Of a DNA stretch of 36,020 bases, positions 15,760 to 24,854 are shown in pieces. Below the pieces are notes generated by a model. It saw nothing but the letters and a program-made list of their open reading frames with translations, was not told where the DNA came from and made no database searches. This DNA is from a virus (lineage: Duplodnaviria; Caudoviricetes), in the IMG/VR virus record IMGVR_UViG_3300044216_004865, positions 1 to 36,020 of that record, one strand, 5' to 3'. The first letter of the stretch is position 1. Each line of letters begins with the position of its first letter. The position numbers were made by a program, and so were the translations under genes.

Positions 15760-17430
15760 ATGGCAACTGCATTTTCAGAATACACGAAAACCGATGCTGA
15801 AAAACGAATCAATGATTCTTTTAAAGATTATAAAGATGATTTCGAGTCGAATAAGAAATTCTATAGCGGAGACCACTATCAGGATGGTGATGGATGGGCG
15901 GGGGCACTTCCATCTACGTCTAAGGATAAGTCCGCGACACTGAAGAAGATTCAAGCCCTATTTTCTTCACAGAACGTAATCAAAGAGGTTGTTTGCAGGC
16001 TTCGTGATGCGGTTATCTCAAAAGACCCGACCTGGAATGTTCACCTTACCCGCATACTCAAAGAAGAAGAGGGTCCAAAAGATGAGGAGCAGAAGGTCAT
16101 CGACGAGACGGAACAGGCGCTCACGGAATGGTGGAAGGATTATGATATCCATGGGGTGCTCAAGGAGTATGTGAAGATCGTGTCGATCGGAAAGAAGGCC
16201 GTACTTAGAATCTATGTTCCAGCCACATTTACAGATGGTGGGAATGTAAAGTCAGGTGATTTTACTGAGCAACTCGACAAGATCCGTGTTGAGGTGGTTG
16301 ACGGGAACAAAGCCACGGTTTATGAGGACAAGGACGAGGCGCAAAGTGCAGGGCTTCTATCGTACAAAGATGAAGATGATAATGAGATCATTGAAATATG
16401 TTATCTGAATGAGAAGGGAGAAACGATTGTACGTAGCATCATAGACGGTAAACCCGACGACAGTGCTCCGGTTAATCTTCAGGGCAACCTTCTCATGCAC
16501 GAGTCAGGCGCTGAGATGCTGATCACTAAGCAGGTACGCCAGCTCAATAAGATGGTGAATAAGGCTCACACCATGATGAACGGGAACCTTGATAATGGAT
16601 TCCTCGAGCGAATATTTCTGAACGCCCAGCCACCAGGGAAATGGGAGAAGGATTCGGAAACTGGAGAGGATGTTTTTAAACCCGATCCTGTAAATGTAGG
16701 GCCAAATACAATCAACTTCCTTGCCGGGCTTGAAACCGAAGATGAGGATGGTAAAAAACGTATAGCCACTCCTTCGGTAAACTTCAGGGAGCCTGTACCT
16801 AATGAAACCTTTGTGGAGGCCAAGGAGAGCGCATACCGTTCTATACTTGAAGAAGTGCATCAGAAGCACGCTCTTATATCCGGAGATGCAAGCCCAAGCG
16901 GTGAAAGTCGTATTCAGGCACTCGTTGATTTCATCAAGAGCGCTCAGGAATATAAGTCAGATTTGGACACTGCCGGCCGATGGTTACTTAAGACGGTCAT
17001 GTACCTTGCTTGGGACTTTGCGGGGCAGGCAAGTAGATCAGAGCAGTACAGCGTTGATTTTGATGCACGGATTGACCCCGGACACCTACCGGCCGAGATG
17101 AGGAATCAGATCATTACCGAGTATGAGAAAGGAATGCTATCTCGTGAGACAGCCATGGCTATGCTGGGTGTGGATGATATCGACGCGGAGATCAGTCGCA
17201 TTGATACCGCCACTGCTCATGTGAAGGAGGTCTTTGAAGTGCTTGAAGTAGCCAACATTAAACCTAAGACGCTGATGGTTGAGCTGATCAACAAGGTTAT
17301 TGCCGACAAAGAGATATTGACTGATCTCAAAGAAGGGGATAAGGCGAATGCAATAAAGGCCGAGATCGAGGCTATACTTGACCGCTCTGTTCAGGAAGAT
17401 GATTTAACCGGAGCCTTGGGGTTATCATGA
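15760..17430 (+). CDS. Portal protein
   Basis: 556 aa, directly after terL; FY.GDH, SGESR and G.LSRETAM motifs. Confidence 0.85.
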   Translation: MATAFSEYTKTDAEKRINDSFKDYKDDFESNKKFYSGDHYQDGDGWAGALPSTSKDKSATLKKIQALFSSQNVIKEVVCRLRDAVISKDPTWNVHLTRILKEEEGPKDEEQKVIDETEQALTEWWKDYDIHGVLKEYVKIVSIGKKAVLRIYVPATFTDGGNVKSGDFTEQLDKIRVEVVDGNKATVYEDKDEAQSAGLLSYKDEDDNEIIEICYLNEKGETIVRSIIDGKPDDSAPVNLQGNLLMHESGAEMLITKQVRQLNKMVNKAHTMMNGNLDNGFLERIFLNAQPPGKWEKDSETGEDVFKPDPVNVGPNTINFLAGLETEDEDGKKRIATPSVNFREPVPNETFVEAKESAYRSILEEVHQKHALISGDASPSGESRIQALVDFIKSAQEYKSDLDTAGRWLLKTVMYLAWDFAGQASRSEQYSVDFDARIDPGHLPAEMRNQIITEYEKGMLSRETAMAMLGVDDIDAEISRIDTATAHVKEVFEVLEVANIKPKTLMVELINKVIADKEILTDLKEGDKANAIKAEIEAILDRSVQEDDLTGALGLS

Positions 17431-17621
17431 GCAGCATTAGCAACTCCATAGAACGCACACTAGCAAAAACACCTTTAAAAACAAGAATCAAGGTGATGCT
17501 TGAGATGGATGATTATGAAAACTGGGAGAACGGAACATACCAAGGGGACCAGGAAGAAAATGCCAACATGATTGTTGGTGTAGTTCGTGAATGGCAAAAA
17601 GACGGAGCGGATCTTGAGTAA
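17427..17621 (+). CDS. Hypothetical protein
   Basis: ATGA overlap with the portal gene. Confidence 0.6.
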   Translation: MSSISNSIERTLAKTPLKTRIKVMLEMDDYENWENGTYQGDQEENANMIVGVVREWQKDGADLE

Positions 17622-17784
17622 AATCCCTTGTGCATATTGCGGAAAAGAGTACGACCGTAGCGAATACCCGAACCGTAATTACGCTGAGTGCATGGAGTGT
17701 GCTAAATCAAACCGCAAATCATGGTGGAGTAAGTTGAAAGACTATCTGCGTAAAATAAGACTTCCAAGGGTGGTGTTGAGATGA
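17614..17784 (+). CDS. Small zinc-finger protein
   Basis: GGAG plus TTG start; CAYC...CMEC. Confidence 0.55.
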   Translation: MSKIPCAYCGKEYDRSEYPNRNYAECMECAKSNRKSWWSKLKDYLRKIRLPRVVLR

Positions 17785-17930
17785 ATTACTTTATCCTTCC
17801 ATATGAACATGTTTTTGTGATTAATGGGATTATCTGTACAAGTAATTCGTTGATTGACTATGAAGAGTTTGAAGTACGTTTGACTAACGGTGAGCTGCAA
17901 GAAATGATATTTAATAGCATTGAATCATGA
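17781..17930 (+). CDS. Small hypothetical protein (49 aa)
   Basis: Read by hand: MNYFILPYEH...; ATGA overlaps at both ends. Confidence 0.55.
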   Translation: MNYFILPYEHVFVINGIICTSNSLIDYEEFEVRLTNGELQEMIFNSIES

Positions 17931-18388
17931 AAAAGGTATATCAAACCATAGTTGACTCTGAAAAAGGTAATTGCGCACAGGCTGCTATTGCATCTCTTTT
18001 TGATAAGGATATTGAAGGTGTGCCTAACTTCATAGAATACCAGGAGCGATATACTGAAAAGTTGATGGACTTCTTTGAAGAGCATGGCTATCCAAATGCG
18101 ACCAATATAGGTATCAAAAGGTTTGAAAAAGAGATCATCCAGAAAGCCATTGATTTGGATGGTGGTGTGAATGGATTATTCTATGCCTCGGTAAACAGTC
18201 AGACGTTTGAGAGCGTTACTCATGCGGTAATTGTTGATAAAGGACTGAGTGTTGTCCATGACCCGAACCCGAACTGCAGGGCGCTTGGGTTAGGCGCGTT
18301 TCATATTAAGTCTATGATATTTCCCAACGGGATTGTCATAGGCAAACATGGCGGTGTGATGAAAATGGAAGAGGTGCTGAATGGATAA
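17927..18388 (+). CDS. Hypothetical protein, possibly papain-like (Cys/His/Asp)
   Basis: GNC..AAIASL, HAVIV and HDPNP. Confidence 0.65.
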   Translation: MKKVYQTIVDSEKGNCAQAAIASLFDKDIEGVPNFIEYQERYTEKLMDFFEEHGYPNATNIGIKRFEKEIIQKAIDLDGGVNGLFYASVNSQTFESVTHAVIVDKGLSVVHDPNPNCRALGLGAFHIKSMIFPNGIVIGKHGGVMKMEEVLNG

Positions 18389-18638
18389 AGCCCTGGGATA
18401 CATAGAATGTGAGATACTATGCTTTGAAGATGATCAGGCTGTGCATTTTGAAGAGATGGGAATTAAATCACCTACCGAATACAGGTGGGGGATCATCATG
18501 GTTGATAAGGTAGAAACCATTGTACCTCGGGATGATGGTAATGCCACTGTTAGCCTTATAAGTGGTGATTCTTTAGAGGTAAACGAGCCTTACAGCGACT
18601 TTTTAAAACGATTCAAAAAAGTTTTAGATGCCCTATAA
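18381..18638 (+). CDS. Hypothetical protein
   Basis: GAGG SD; overlaps both neighbours. Confidence 0.7.
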   Translation: MDKALGYIECEILCFEDDQAVHFEEMGIKSPTEYRWGIIMVDKVETIVPRDDGNATVSLISGDSLEVNEPYSDFLKRFKKVLDAL

Positions 18639-19725
18639 AAACGCATATCAGCAGGCCCTACTCGAGGCCAGAAAAGCAGCTCTTTCAGGCGGTGGTATTC
18701 CGCGCCGGGCCTATGATCTTCTTATCCAGGTGTTTGGTCGTGCCATTGTTGATATCGATCGAGATCTTGGCACTGGGCGTATAACTTCTGAAAGAGCCGA
18801 AGCGTTAAGGCGTCAAATAAACCGCCGTATTATTGAGCTTGGACGAAGATTGGGGATTTTGCTCGATGATCAGAAGCAATCGATGATACGTGCGGCCATT
18901 GCCGGGCATGAACAAGGTATTCTTCGAGCGACAGAGATCACCGGGGTAAGTGTGGCCGTTAACTTCGATGCCATTCCGGATCGCGCTCTTCAGACCATGA
19001 TGTTGCGCCGGGGACTATTTGGAGCAGAAGATTACAAGGCGGTGATCAACCGGGGTCTTGTTGGTATGGCTGATGATATTGATCAGTACATCGGATCAGC
19101 GGTTGCACGTGGGGTTAATAGCAGAACGGCCTCCCAGGAACTTGCTGCTATGCTATCCCGTGGTAATGATGACATCCTGAAGTATGTGGAAGAAGGTAGG
19201 CTTACCCGTTCAGCCATCAACAACGCACTAAGAGATGGGGAGTTGAACCTGGAACAGTATCAGCAGGCCAGAAGCATGTTCTATGACTCACGTAGGATCA
19301 TGGTCACTGAGACCAATAATGCATTCCGGGAGGCTGACAGGCTATCACAACAAGAAAGCCCTATTGTTGGCGCTACCAAATGGCAGGTATCAGGACGACA
19401 CTATGGCCTTCCATCAAGTCCTGATATTTGTACAATTTACCATGAGTATGATCTTTTTGGAATGGGAGAGGGGGTATTCCCTACTCAAAACTTCCCGGCG
19501 CCACCTCATCCATATTGTGGGTGCTATGCCATGGCTGTAATAAGAGATGTAGAGCTATGGAACACACCAAAACAAGCCCTTACCCAACCCCCAGAGCTTA
19601 CCGAAGAACAGTTCTCATCCATGTTTGAAGATGCAACACCTCGCAAACTTGAAACGCAGGTAGAAGAGGCTAATAAGTATCTTAAATTAGCTTATGAAGT
19701 AAGCACTCGTTCTGCTGCTGCATAA
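18628..19725 (+). CDS. Head morphogenesis / minor capsid protein (SPP1 gp7 / Mu F-like)
   Basis: RI..TE.NNA, DIC and PHPYCGC. Confidence 0.85.
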   Translation: MPYKNAYQQALLEARKAALSGGGIPRRAYDLLIQVFGRAIVDIDRDLGTGRITSERAEALRRQINRRIIELGRRLGILLDDQKQSMIRAAIAGHEQGILRATEITGVSVAVNFDAIPDRALQTMMLRRGLFGAEDYKAVINRGLVGMADDIDQYIGSAVARGVNSRTASQELAAMLSRGNDDILKYVEEGRLTRSAINNALRDGELNLEQYQQARSMFYDSRRIMVTETNNAFREADRLSQQESPIVGATKWQVSGRHYGLPSSPDICTIYHEYDLFGMGEGVFPTQNFPAPPHPYCGCYAMAVIRDVELWNTPKQALTQPPELTEEQFSSMFEDATPRKLETQVEEANKYLKLAYEVSTRSAAA

Positions 19726-19736
19726 TTATTAGCCAA

Positions 19737-20195
19737 TTAATTTCTCTTCAACATGAAGTAGAACATAGCCTTCACGGGTTGACTCATAGGCCTCTTACCA
19801 TTGATCCATGCGGAAAGATTTGTTTTGTCCACACCTGTAGCCCCTTCTATTTGCTTGAGGCTAATTCCCCTATCATTCATTCGTTTCTGTATCCAATCTG
19901 GGGTCACATTGTCTGCCGGTGGCCGTTGGTATGGCTTCGGTCGAACATGGACATCATGATCTGGGTAGAAGTGATTGAACAGTTTTTTAGCGCGATCGAT
20001 AAGTTCTGAGGTATCCAGGTATTTGTCTTTCTGATTCTTTCCCTGTCGTACTTCAACCACAAGCTCTTTACCATCGACCTTCAGCACTTTGAAGGTAATG
20101 TTTGAGTTAGCAGCATATAGTCCGGCAGACTTGTTAAGGTTTTCTTTATCCTTATCGGGAAGGTCCAGGTAATGGATGTTTTTAAGTGTGCTCAT
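19737..20195 (-). CDS. XRE-type HTH domain protein
   Basis: C-terminal ISLKQIEGATGVDKTNLSAWINGKRPMS. Confidence 0.85.
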   Translation of the reverse strand: MSTLKNIHYLDLPDKDKENLNKSAGLYAANSNITFKVLKVDGKELVVEVRQGKNQKDKYLDTSELIDRAKKLFNHFYPDHDVHVRPKPYQRPPADNVTPDWIQKRMNDRGISLKQIEGATGVDKTNLSAWINGKRPMSQPVKAMFYFMLKRN

Positions 20196-20208
20196 AATAG
20201 TAAAATTT

Positions 20209-20226
20209 GGGAGGGTTGCCCCTCCC
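20209..20226. repeat. Intergenic GC hairpin
   Basis: GGGAGGG-TTGC-CCCTCCC. Confidence 0.55.
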
Positions 20227-20233
20227 GTTGTGA

Positions 20234-20566
20234 TTAAAGAATGATCAGTTCATCGTTTTCTAAATCGAAAATTGCGAACTGTTGGTTCAACTTTCCGAAG
20301 CCAATGGCCTCTTTTTTATCGTTGATAACCTTCACGGCATCCCAGTAGAATTTTTGATCGGTCTCTGAAAACCAACCGCCGATACTCATATCGTTTTCTT
20401 TAGCGAATTGAGCGACGTTTTTAAGTCCCTCTTCACCAAAAGAATCCTGAGTGTCGATTACAGCAACGGCAAAGCCTTTGCTTAGGTGGTTCATATTGAG
20501 ATCAACCGTAAAACCCTGAGGCTGGTTTTGTGAAAGTTGTTTAAGAGAGTTGATTAGTTTTTCCAT
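20234..20566 (-). CDS. Hypothetical phage protein
   Basis: GFTV, IGGW, YWD and Q.AIFDL pattern. Confidence 0.75.
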   Translation of the reverse strand: MEKLINSLKQLSQNQPQGFTVDLNMNHLSKGFAVAVIDTQDSFGEEGLKNVAQFAKENDMSIGGWFSETDQKFYWDAVKVINDKKEAIGFGKLNQQFAIFDLENDELIIL

Positions 20567-20628
20567 ATTAACTTGGCTTTTTGTATCCCGTCGCCGGCGG
20601 ATTTGTTAGGGTGCTTAATTGCACTGCT

Positions 20629-20662
20629 TTAATATAATGATAATGTTTGTTATTTACAAACA
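20629..20662 (-). promoter_or_regulatory. Promoter with an overlapping palindromic operator
   Basis: Minus strand TTTG, 20 nt spacer, TATATTAA; palindrome TGTTTGT-N5-ACAAACA at 20644-20662. Confidence 0.55.
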
Positions 20663-20704
20663 AAACAAAGTAAATAATTCAATTAAATCCATATTAATCA
20701 GTAC

Positions 20705-20998
20705 TTAGAAAAGCTCATCCCAAAGGTAATCAGTAACGGTGTTTGAAATCCTTTTAAGCCATTCACCGGTCTTAATATCAGAGTGTTCTTTGCGGATCCT
20801 ATCAGTATCCCGCCAGACCCGGTAAATAAGTCTATTACGATCTCGATCGGGAAGGTTGATATTTAGGACCTGGTTGATCTCGTTAGTCAGGTGTTTTTGG
20901 AAGTGGTGCTTAAAATAATCGCCCAGGTGATCGTCGCTTTTATTGAAAGCATTGCGCGTTACTTGGGTTATGAGTTTATTTAGTTCTGTCTTTTTCAA
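20705..20998 (-). CDS. Hypothetical protein
   Basis: 97 aa ORF with a TTG start. Confidence 0.55.
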   Translation of the reverse strand: MKKTELNKLITQVTRNAFNKSDDHLGDYFKHHFQKHLTNEINQVLNINLPDRDRNRLIYRVWRDTDRIRKEHSDIKTGEWLKRISNTVTDYLWDELF

Positions 20999-21012
20999 AA
21001 TAGAGCCATTTC

Positions 21013-21138
21013 ATGAGCGTATATGATAACCCTAAACACAGCTTTCCTTTCCCTTGGTGGGTGTATGTGTTGATAATACTGGGTGTGATTGCTTACGGGT
21101 TTATAAGCGGGGAGCTAAAACTTAACTTGCTAAATTGA
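21013..21138 (+). CDS. Small single-TM protein (41 aa)
   Basis: Read by hand: MSVYDNPKHSFPFPWWVYVLIILGVIAYGFISGELKLNLLN. Confidence 0.5.
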   Translation: MSVYDNPKHSFPFPWWVYVLIILGVIAYGFISGELKLNLLN

Positions 21139-21173
21139 GGACCATTAAGTTATATTCATGTACGAATTAAAAG

Positions 21174-21247
21174 TACCCCCGCCGGGATTCGAACCCGGAA
21201 CCAAGCCTCAGCCAGAAGCGTGCTCAATCCAATTGAGCTACGGGGGT
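21174..21247 (-). tRNA. Aberrant tRNA or pseudo-tRNA with a GGC anticodon on a non-Ala body
   Basis: ACCCCCG-TA-GCTC AATTGGATT GAGC-A-CGCTT CTGGCTG AGGCT-TGGTT-CCGGG TTCGAAT CCCGG-CGGGGGT-A. Confidence 0.7.
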
Positions 21248-21255
21248 TTTAAACT

Positions 21256-21289
21256 AAAGATCAGTAGTTCACGCTGCTGATCTTTTTTT
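21256..21289 (+). terminator. Intrinsic terminator
   Basis: AAAGATCAGTAG-TTCACG-CTGCTGATCTTTTTTT; the G-U pair favours the + strand. Confidence 0.7.
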
Positions 21290-21483
21290 ACGCCTGTAAT
21301 TTAATTATCATATTCGTTGGAAAAAACTACTTTTGATATAAAGTATTTTTTGATGTACGAATTATCTCAGAATAGCGTTAGGGAGTATATAAATTCAATT
21401 CGTACATACACTTACATCATGTAATTTAAAATTATTTTTCTGCAAAAGTGGTTTTCTGTGCGTGAAACCTATTAAGGCCAATG

Positions 21484-22320
21484 CTACATCACCCAGTCTT
21501 CAATATGATCGGGCTTGTACTCGTTTTCGATTGCTTCTTTGACCTCTTCAATGGCAAACCCGTCGCGGAACGTGTGGCCGATCTTGCGTTCTACTTCAAC
21601 GTACCTATCCAACAGCTCCGGATTAGCATACCCGGCAGTAACAAGGGCATCGAATGGACTGAAGATGCAAAAGCAACAGGATAGACGGGGCATTCCCAGA
21701 TCATATGCTTCGTGATAGGGTATGCCGTTTTCCCTGATCGTACGCCAGACCTTTTCAGTGCCCCAGTGATGGACAGGCAGATAGTCCCAAACCTCACGGC
21801 CACTCTTGGTGGTGTAGTTCTTATTCAGCGAAAGCGGTTTCTTCTTGCTGCGTGCCGGGCTTTCCTCTGCCCGGAATCCAAACACGTACAAAACCTTGCT
21901 TTCTTCCCGTCCTGATTGCAGCTTGGTTATGATCCTTCCGCCGGGGCCTCTCTTGAAATCACTGGTGCAATATCGTTGCTGACTGGAGGGCCACATGCCC
22001 CGGCGCTCTACATATTCCAAAAGCGTTTCCTCGTACCCGGTGTGATCCCGGCGCTTGGAGTAGTGGATCTGTAATCCGAAATGATCCGCCTGTTCTTTGG
22101 CAAGTTCTTTTGTTCCCTTCCACTCCATTTCTCCGAGATCCTGATGAGATACATGGATATTGGCCTTATCGTAATTCTGCTCATGGGCCATGCGGCAGAT
22201 TTCGAATATAGCAACGGAGCTGTCCTTCCCGGCGCTCGAGTTGATGATCACTACATCGTACTCATGCAGATCAACTTCAGGCGGGTCTTCGGTAAATAAA
22301 GCTGTTTGTTTATTCGCCAT
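21484..22320 (-). CDS. PAPS reductase family (PP-loop) protein
   Basis: SAGKDS, RYCT..K, GFRAEESPAR and RLSCCFC. Confidence 0.9.
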   Translation of the reverse strand: MANKQTALFTEDPPEVDLHEYDVVIINSSAGKDSSVAIFEICRMAHEQNYDKANIHVSHQDLGEMEWKGTKELAKEQADHFGLQIHYSKRRDHTGYEETLLEYVERRGMWPSSQQRYCTSDFKRGPGGRIITKLQSGREESKVLYVFGFRAEESPARSKKKPLSLNKNYTTKSGREVWDYLPVHHWGTEKVWRTIRENGIPYHEAYDLGMPRLSCCFCIFSPFDALVTAGYANPELLDRYVEVERKIGHTFRDGFAIEEVKEAIENEYKPDHIEDWVM

Positions 22321-22534
22321 CTATAATCCTCATTGCTTCTCGTAAATCTTCAATATCAGCCTGATCTTTAAGAGCTTTTGTAAGTTTGTCTTTAAGTCCT
22401 TCCAGGGAAGCATTGCGATCATAATAAACCCTATCCCTTCGAGCCACTTTGTCAACAGCTCTTTGATAGCAACTAATGCTATTAAGGGCATACATGGCCT
22501 CCACGGAGTCTATTTCGATTGTTACCTTACCCAT
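22310..22534 (-). CDS. Hypothetical protein
   Basis: 74 aa ORF tightly packed in the operon. Confidence 0.65.
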   Translation of the reverse strand: MGKVTIEIDSVEAMYALNSISCYQRAVDKVARRDRVYYDRNASLEGLKDKLTKALKDQADIEDLREAMRIIDGE

Positions 22535-22536
22535 AC

Positions 22537-23970
22537 TTAAATCTTCTCCGGAAGCGGAAACCCTTTGATCTCTGCTACTCGTCGGTTAAACATTTCCCAT
22601 GCTTTCTCGTCTTTGAACCAGCAGTGGAGCGTTCCTTTCTTGTATCCCCGGACCTCAAAGAATCCCCAGTCGTATTTGGTGTGGAAGTCGAGATCTTCAA
22701 AGTCTTCTTTGCTATTTCGGTCATAAGGAACCAACTCTCCATCCCTATGCCTTGAAGACCTGTCAATAGAGGCTACATCTTTGTTTTGACCAGTTATGTA
22801 TGAAAGGGCCTTAGTTAAATCCATCAACTTTGTAGCATTACCCCATGAGTTAAGCTTAAACTTCATTTCCCCACGGAATCCGGGTTCAACCACATTTGGA
22901 AGAATAAACTTCTGATTGATCAGATAGTGGGAGTTCGTCTTCCATCCTTCAAGCTGATATCGGTTATCGTGGTAGTGCTTAGTGATCTTATCGAAGGCCT
23001 CTTCGAGTGCCCGGTTCATGGTCTGTCCGCGCGTACCGATAATGATCTCAATCATACGGTAGATATTATTCATCGTGAACGGATACCGGCTCTGCGTTTC
23101 CACAAACTTATTTATGTCCTGCATCACGCCTGAGGTGATGAACTTATGCAGATCCATCTTATCGAAGATGTTCTTCCAGGCTTGCTTTTGCAGCTCCTTA
23201 GTGAAGTCCTCCTTGGTGGTTACAGTGGTGTTGTATCCGAACTTGAACTCAAACCCATCTTTCAACCCAAGTGGTGATACCAGCTCGTTCATTTCCTTGG
23301 ATACGACCGCAAAGCGGTCAAAGCACTTGAGGGCCCCGACATAGCGTTGAACAATAGCCCGGATCTCATTGTATGGTATCAGTCCGTCAGGGTGATCCTC
23401 CTCCGGTTCCACGTCCATAAAGAACCCATCGTAATCAAAGTCGCGTGAGGTCACAGGTTTAAAGAGCCTGACAAGCGATACATTTACATTCGTTTTACGC
23501 TCACTCGTTGAAAAGCAGTCGCCAAGATCCTGAGAAGCGTCGCCATAATCATTGATGATCGTGCCGAGTCTCTTACGGTAACTCGTGTATTGGTTTTTAA
23601 CAGTCTCAGAGTTACACAGGGCAATGATCTGACATCCTTCCGGCGCGATATCCCATGCGTGTAAGATGTGCTGCTCGTCTCGTGAGAACGGCGGATTCAT
23701 GATGATAAAGTCAATATGGGAAAGCTGCTCTTTAGTGGCATCCATGAAGTCACGCCCAAGGTACTTGCTCTTCTCCATAACAATGGTTGCAAGGTCTTGG
23801 TTCTTTTCGAAGGTCAGCACCTCGGCGCCAAGGCGGTTAAGCTCGTCAACGATATTGCCTTTACCGGCGCTGGGCTCGAGTACTACTTTACCGACGACAT
23901 CTACACCGGCCAGCATTTGGGCGATTACATCGGGAGGGGTGGGAAAAAAATCACGATCAAATATGCTCAT
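22537..23970 (-). CDS. Amino-methyltransferase with a DUF4942-like C-terminal domain
   Basis: FFPTP, VLEPSAGKG and IMNPPF; C-terminal WGFFEVRGYKKGTLH..F. Confidence 0.88.
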   Translation of the reverse strand: MSIFDRDFFPTPPDVIAQMLAGVDVVGKVVLEPSAGKGNIVDELNRLGAEVLTFEKNQDLATIVMEKSKYLGRDFMDATKEQLSHIDFIIMNPPFSRDEQHILHAWDIAPEGCQIIALCNSETVKNQYTSYRKRLGTIINDYGDASQDLGDCFSTSERKTNVNVSLVRLFKPVTSRDFDYDGFFMDVEPEEDHPDGLIPYNEIRAIVQRYVGALKCFDRFAVVSKEMNELVSPLGLKDGFEFKFGYNTTVTTKEDFTKELQKQAWKNIFDKMDLHKFITSGVMQDINKFVETQSRYPFTMNNIYRMIEIIIGTRGQTMNRALEEAFDKITKHYHDNRYQLEGWKTNSHYLINQKFILPNVVEPGFRGEMKFKLNSWGNATKLMDLTKALSYITGQNKDVASIDRSSRHRDGELVPYDRNSKEDFEDLDFHTKYDWGFFEVRGYKKGTLHCWFKDEKAWEMFNRRVAEIKGFPLPEKI

Positions 23971-23972
23971 GA

Positions 23973-24257
23973 TTAAAAGGGTAATCCGTCAAATTCAAAT
24001 TCTAACTCATATTGATTAGCATGGGGACACGTGAAGTTCTCTGCACATGAAGGACACACCATTAGGTCGTAGCAATCTCCGTAGTGAACACTACAGTATG
24101 GCATTTCTAAATCATCCCAATCATCAACCAGCTTACCGCACTCTTCGCAGGTTGGCTCAAGTTCCTCTACGATCCTGATGGCATCACAATTCGGGCACTC
24201 ATCTTCATCAAAGAAATGAAACCCGCATTCTATGCAGCATTGTTTGTAGTCGGTCAT
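23973..24257 (-). CDS. Cys-rich zinc-finger protein
   Basis: Multiple CxxC motifs. Confidence 0.65.
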   Translation of the reverse strand: MTDYKQCCIECGFHFFDEDECPNCDAIRIVEELEPTCEECGKLVDDWDDLEMPYCSVHYGDCYDLMVCPSCAENFTCPHANQYELEFEFDGLPF

Positions 24258-24505
24258 GCTAAATTATACCCGTGGTCATAAAGCCACTTTTGTATCTCTC
24301 GTTGTTCTTGCTTGATTCGTCCACGTAGTTGAGCGGCTTTAGTGACTCGCGGATCGGTATTGATATACATCCGTGCAGCCATGCCGTCTTCATATTCTAT
24401 GTGAGCCCTTCTGTAGTTTGATAGCCTCCGCAACCGGCGCTCTAATATCCAGAAGCGCTTCTTTCTGTTGATAACTGGGTTATTTGATAGGGATAGTTTG
24501 GGCAT
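24254..24505 (-). CDS. Basic hypothetical protein
   Basis: Coupled by TAATG and ATGA overlaps. Confidence 0.65.
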   Translation of the reverse strand: MPKLSLSNNPVINRKKRFWILERRLRRLSNYRRAHIEYEDGMAARMYINTDPRVTKAAQLRGRIKQEQREIQKWLYDHGYNLA

Positions 24506-24657
24506 TATTCTAAATCCCGAATCTCTTTTTTCACATCAAGCCAGGCACGCTTCCAAGCCTTTGCTGTGTCTTCTCTACCTTTCAGCTTTTTATAAGAGTG
24601 GTATCGGTCCTTAAATCTTTCCTCTAGGGATTTTAGCCGGTTTAATTGACCACTCAT
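24505..24657 (-). CDS. Small basic protein (50 aa)
   Basis: Read by hand: MSGQLNRLKSLEERFKDRY...; GGAGG SD and overlaps. Confidence 0.65.
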   Translation of the reverse strand: MSGQLNRLKSLEERFKDRYHSYKKLKGREDTAKAWKRAWLDVKKEIRDLE

Positions 24658-24818
24658 TTCGCCTCCCTTATATAAGTCTCATAAATAGCATTTCGGTAAA
24701 GCTGTGCTCTGCTACTGGCTTTCTCTTTTGCCAGCTTATCAACTTTGTCTTGCCATGGTTTAGGTAGGGTAAAATTGTCCTTTACAGAGGTGGTGCCGTG
24801 TTCATTTTTCTCACTCAT
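24654..24818 (-). CDS. Ribbon-helix-helix (CopG/Arc-like) regulator (54 aa)
   Basis: Read by hand: ...KDNFTLPKPWQDKVDKLAKEKASSRAQLYRNAIYETY. Confidence 0.7.
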   Translation of the reverse strand: MSEKNEHGTTSVKDNFTLPKPWQDKVDKLAKEKASSRAQLYRNAIYETYIREAK

Positions 24819-24854
24819 GGGCAGATGTATGTATGATTGGGGTTAAACACACCT

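Noticed and set aside
21484-22320. Complete Dnd/Ssp phosphorothioation system or sulfate assimilation cysH
   Set aside because: No cysteine desulfurase, ATPase or other partner genes are present in the window.
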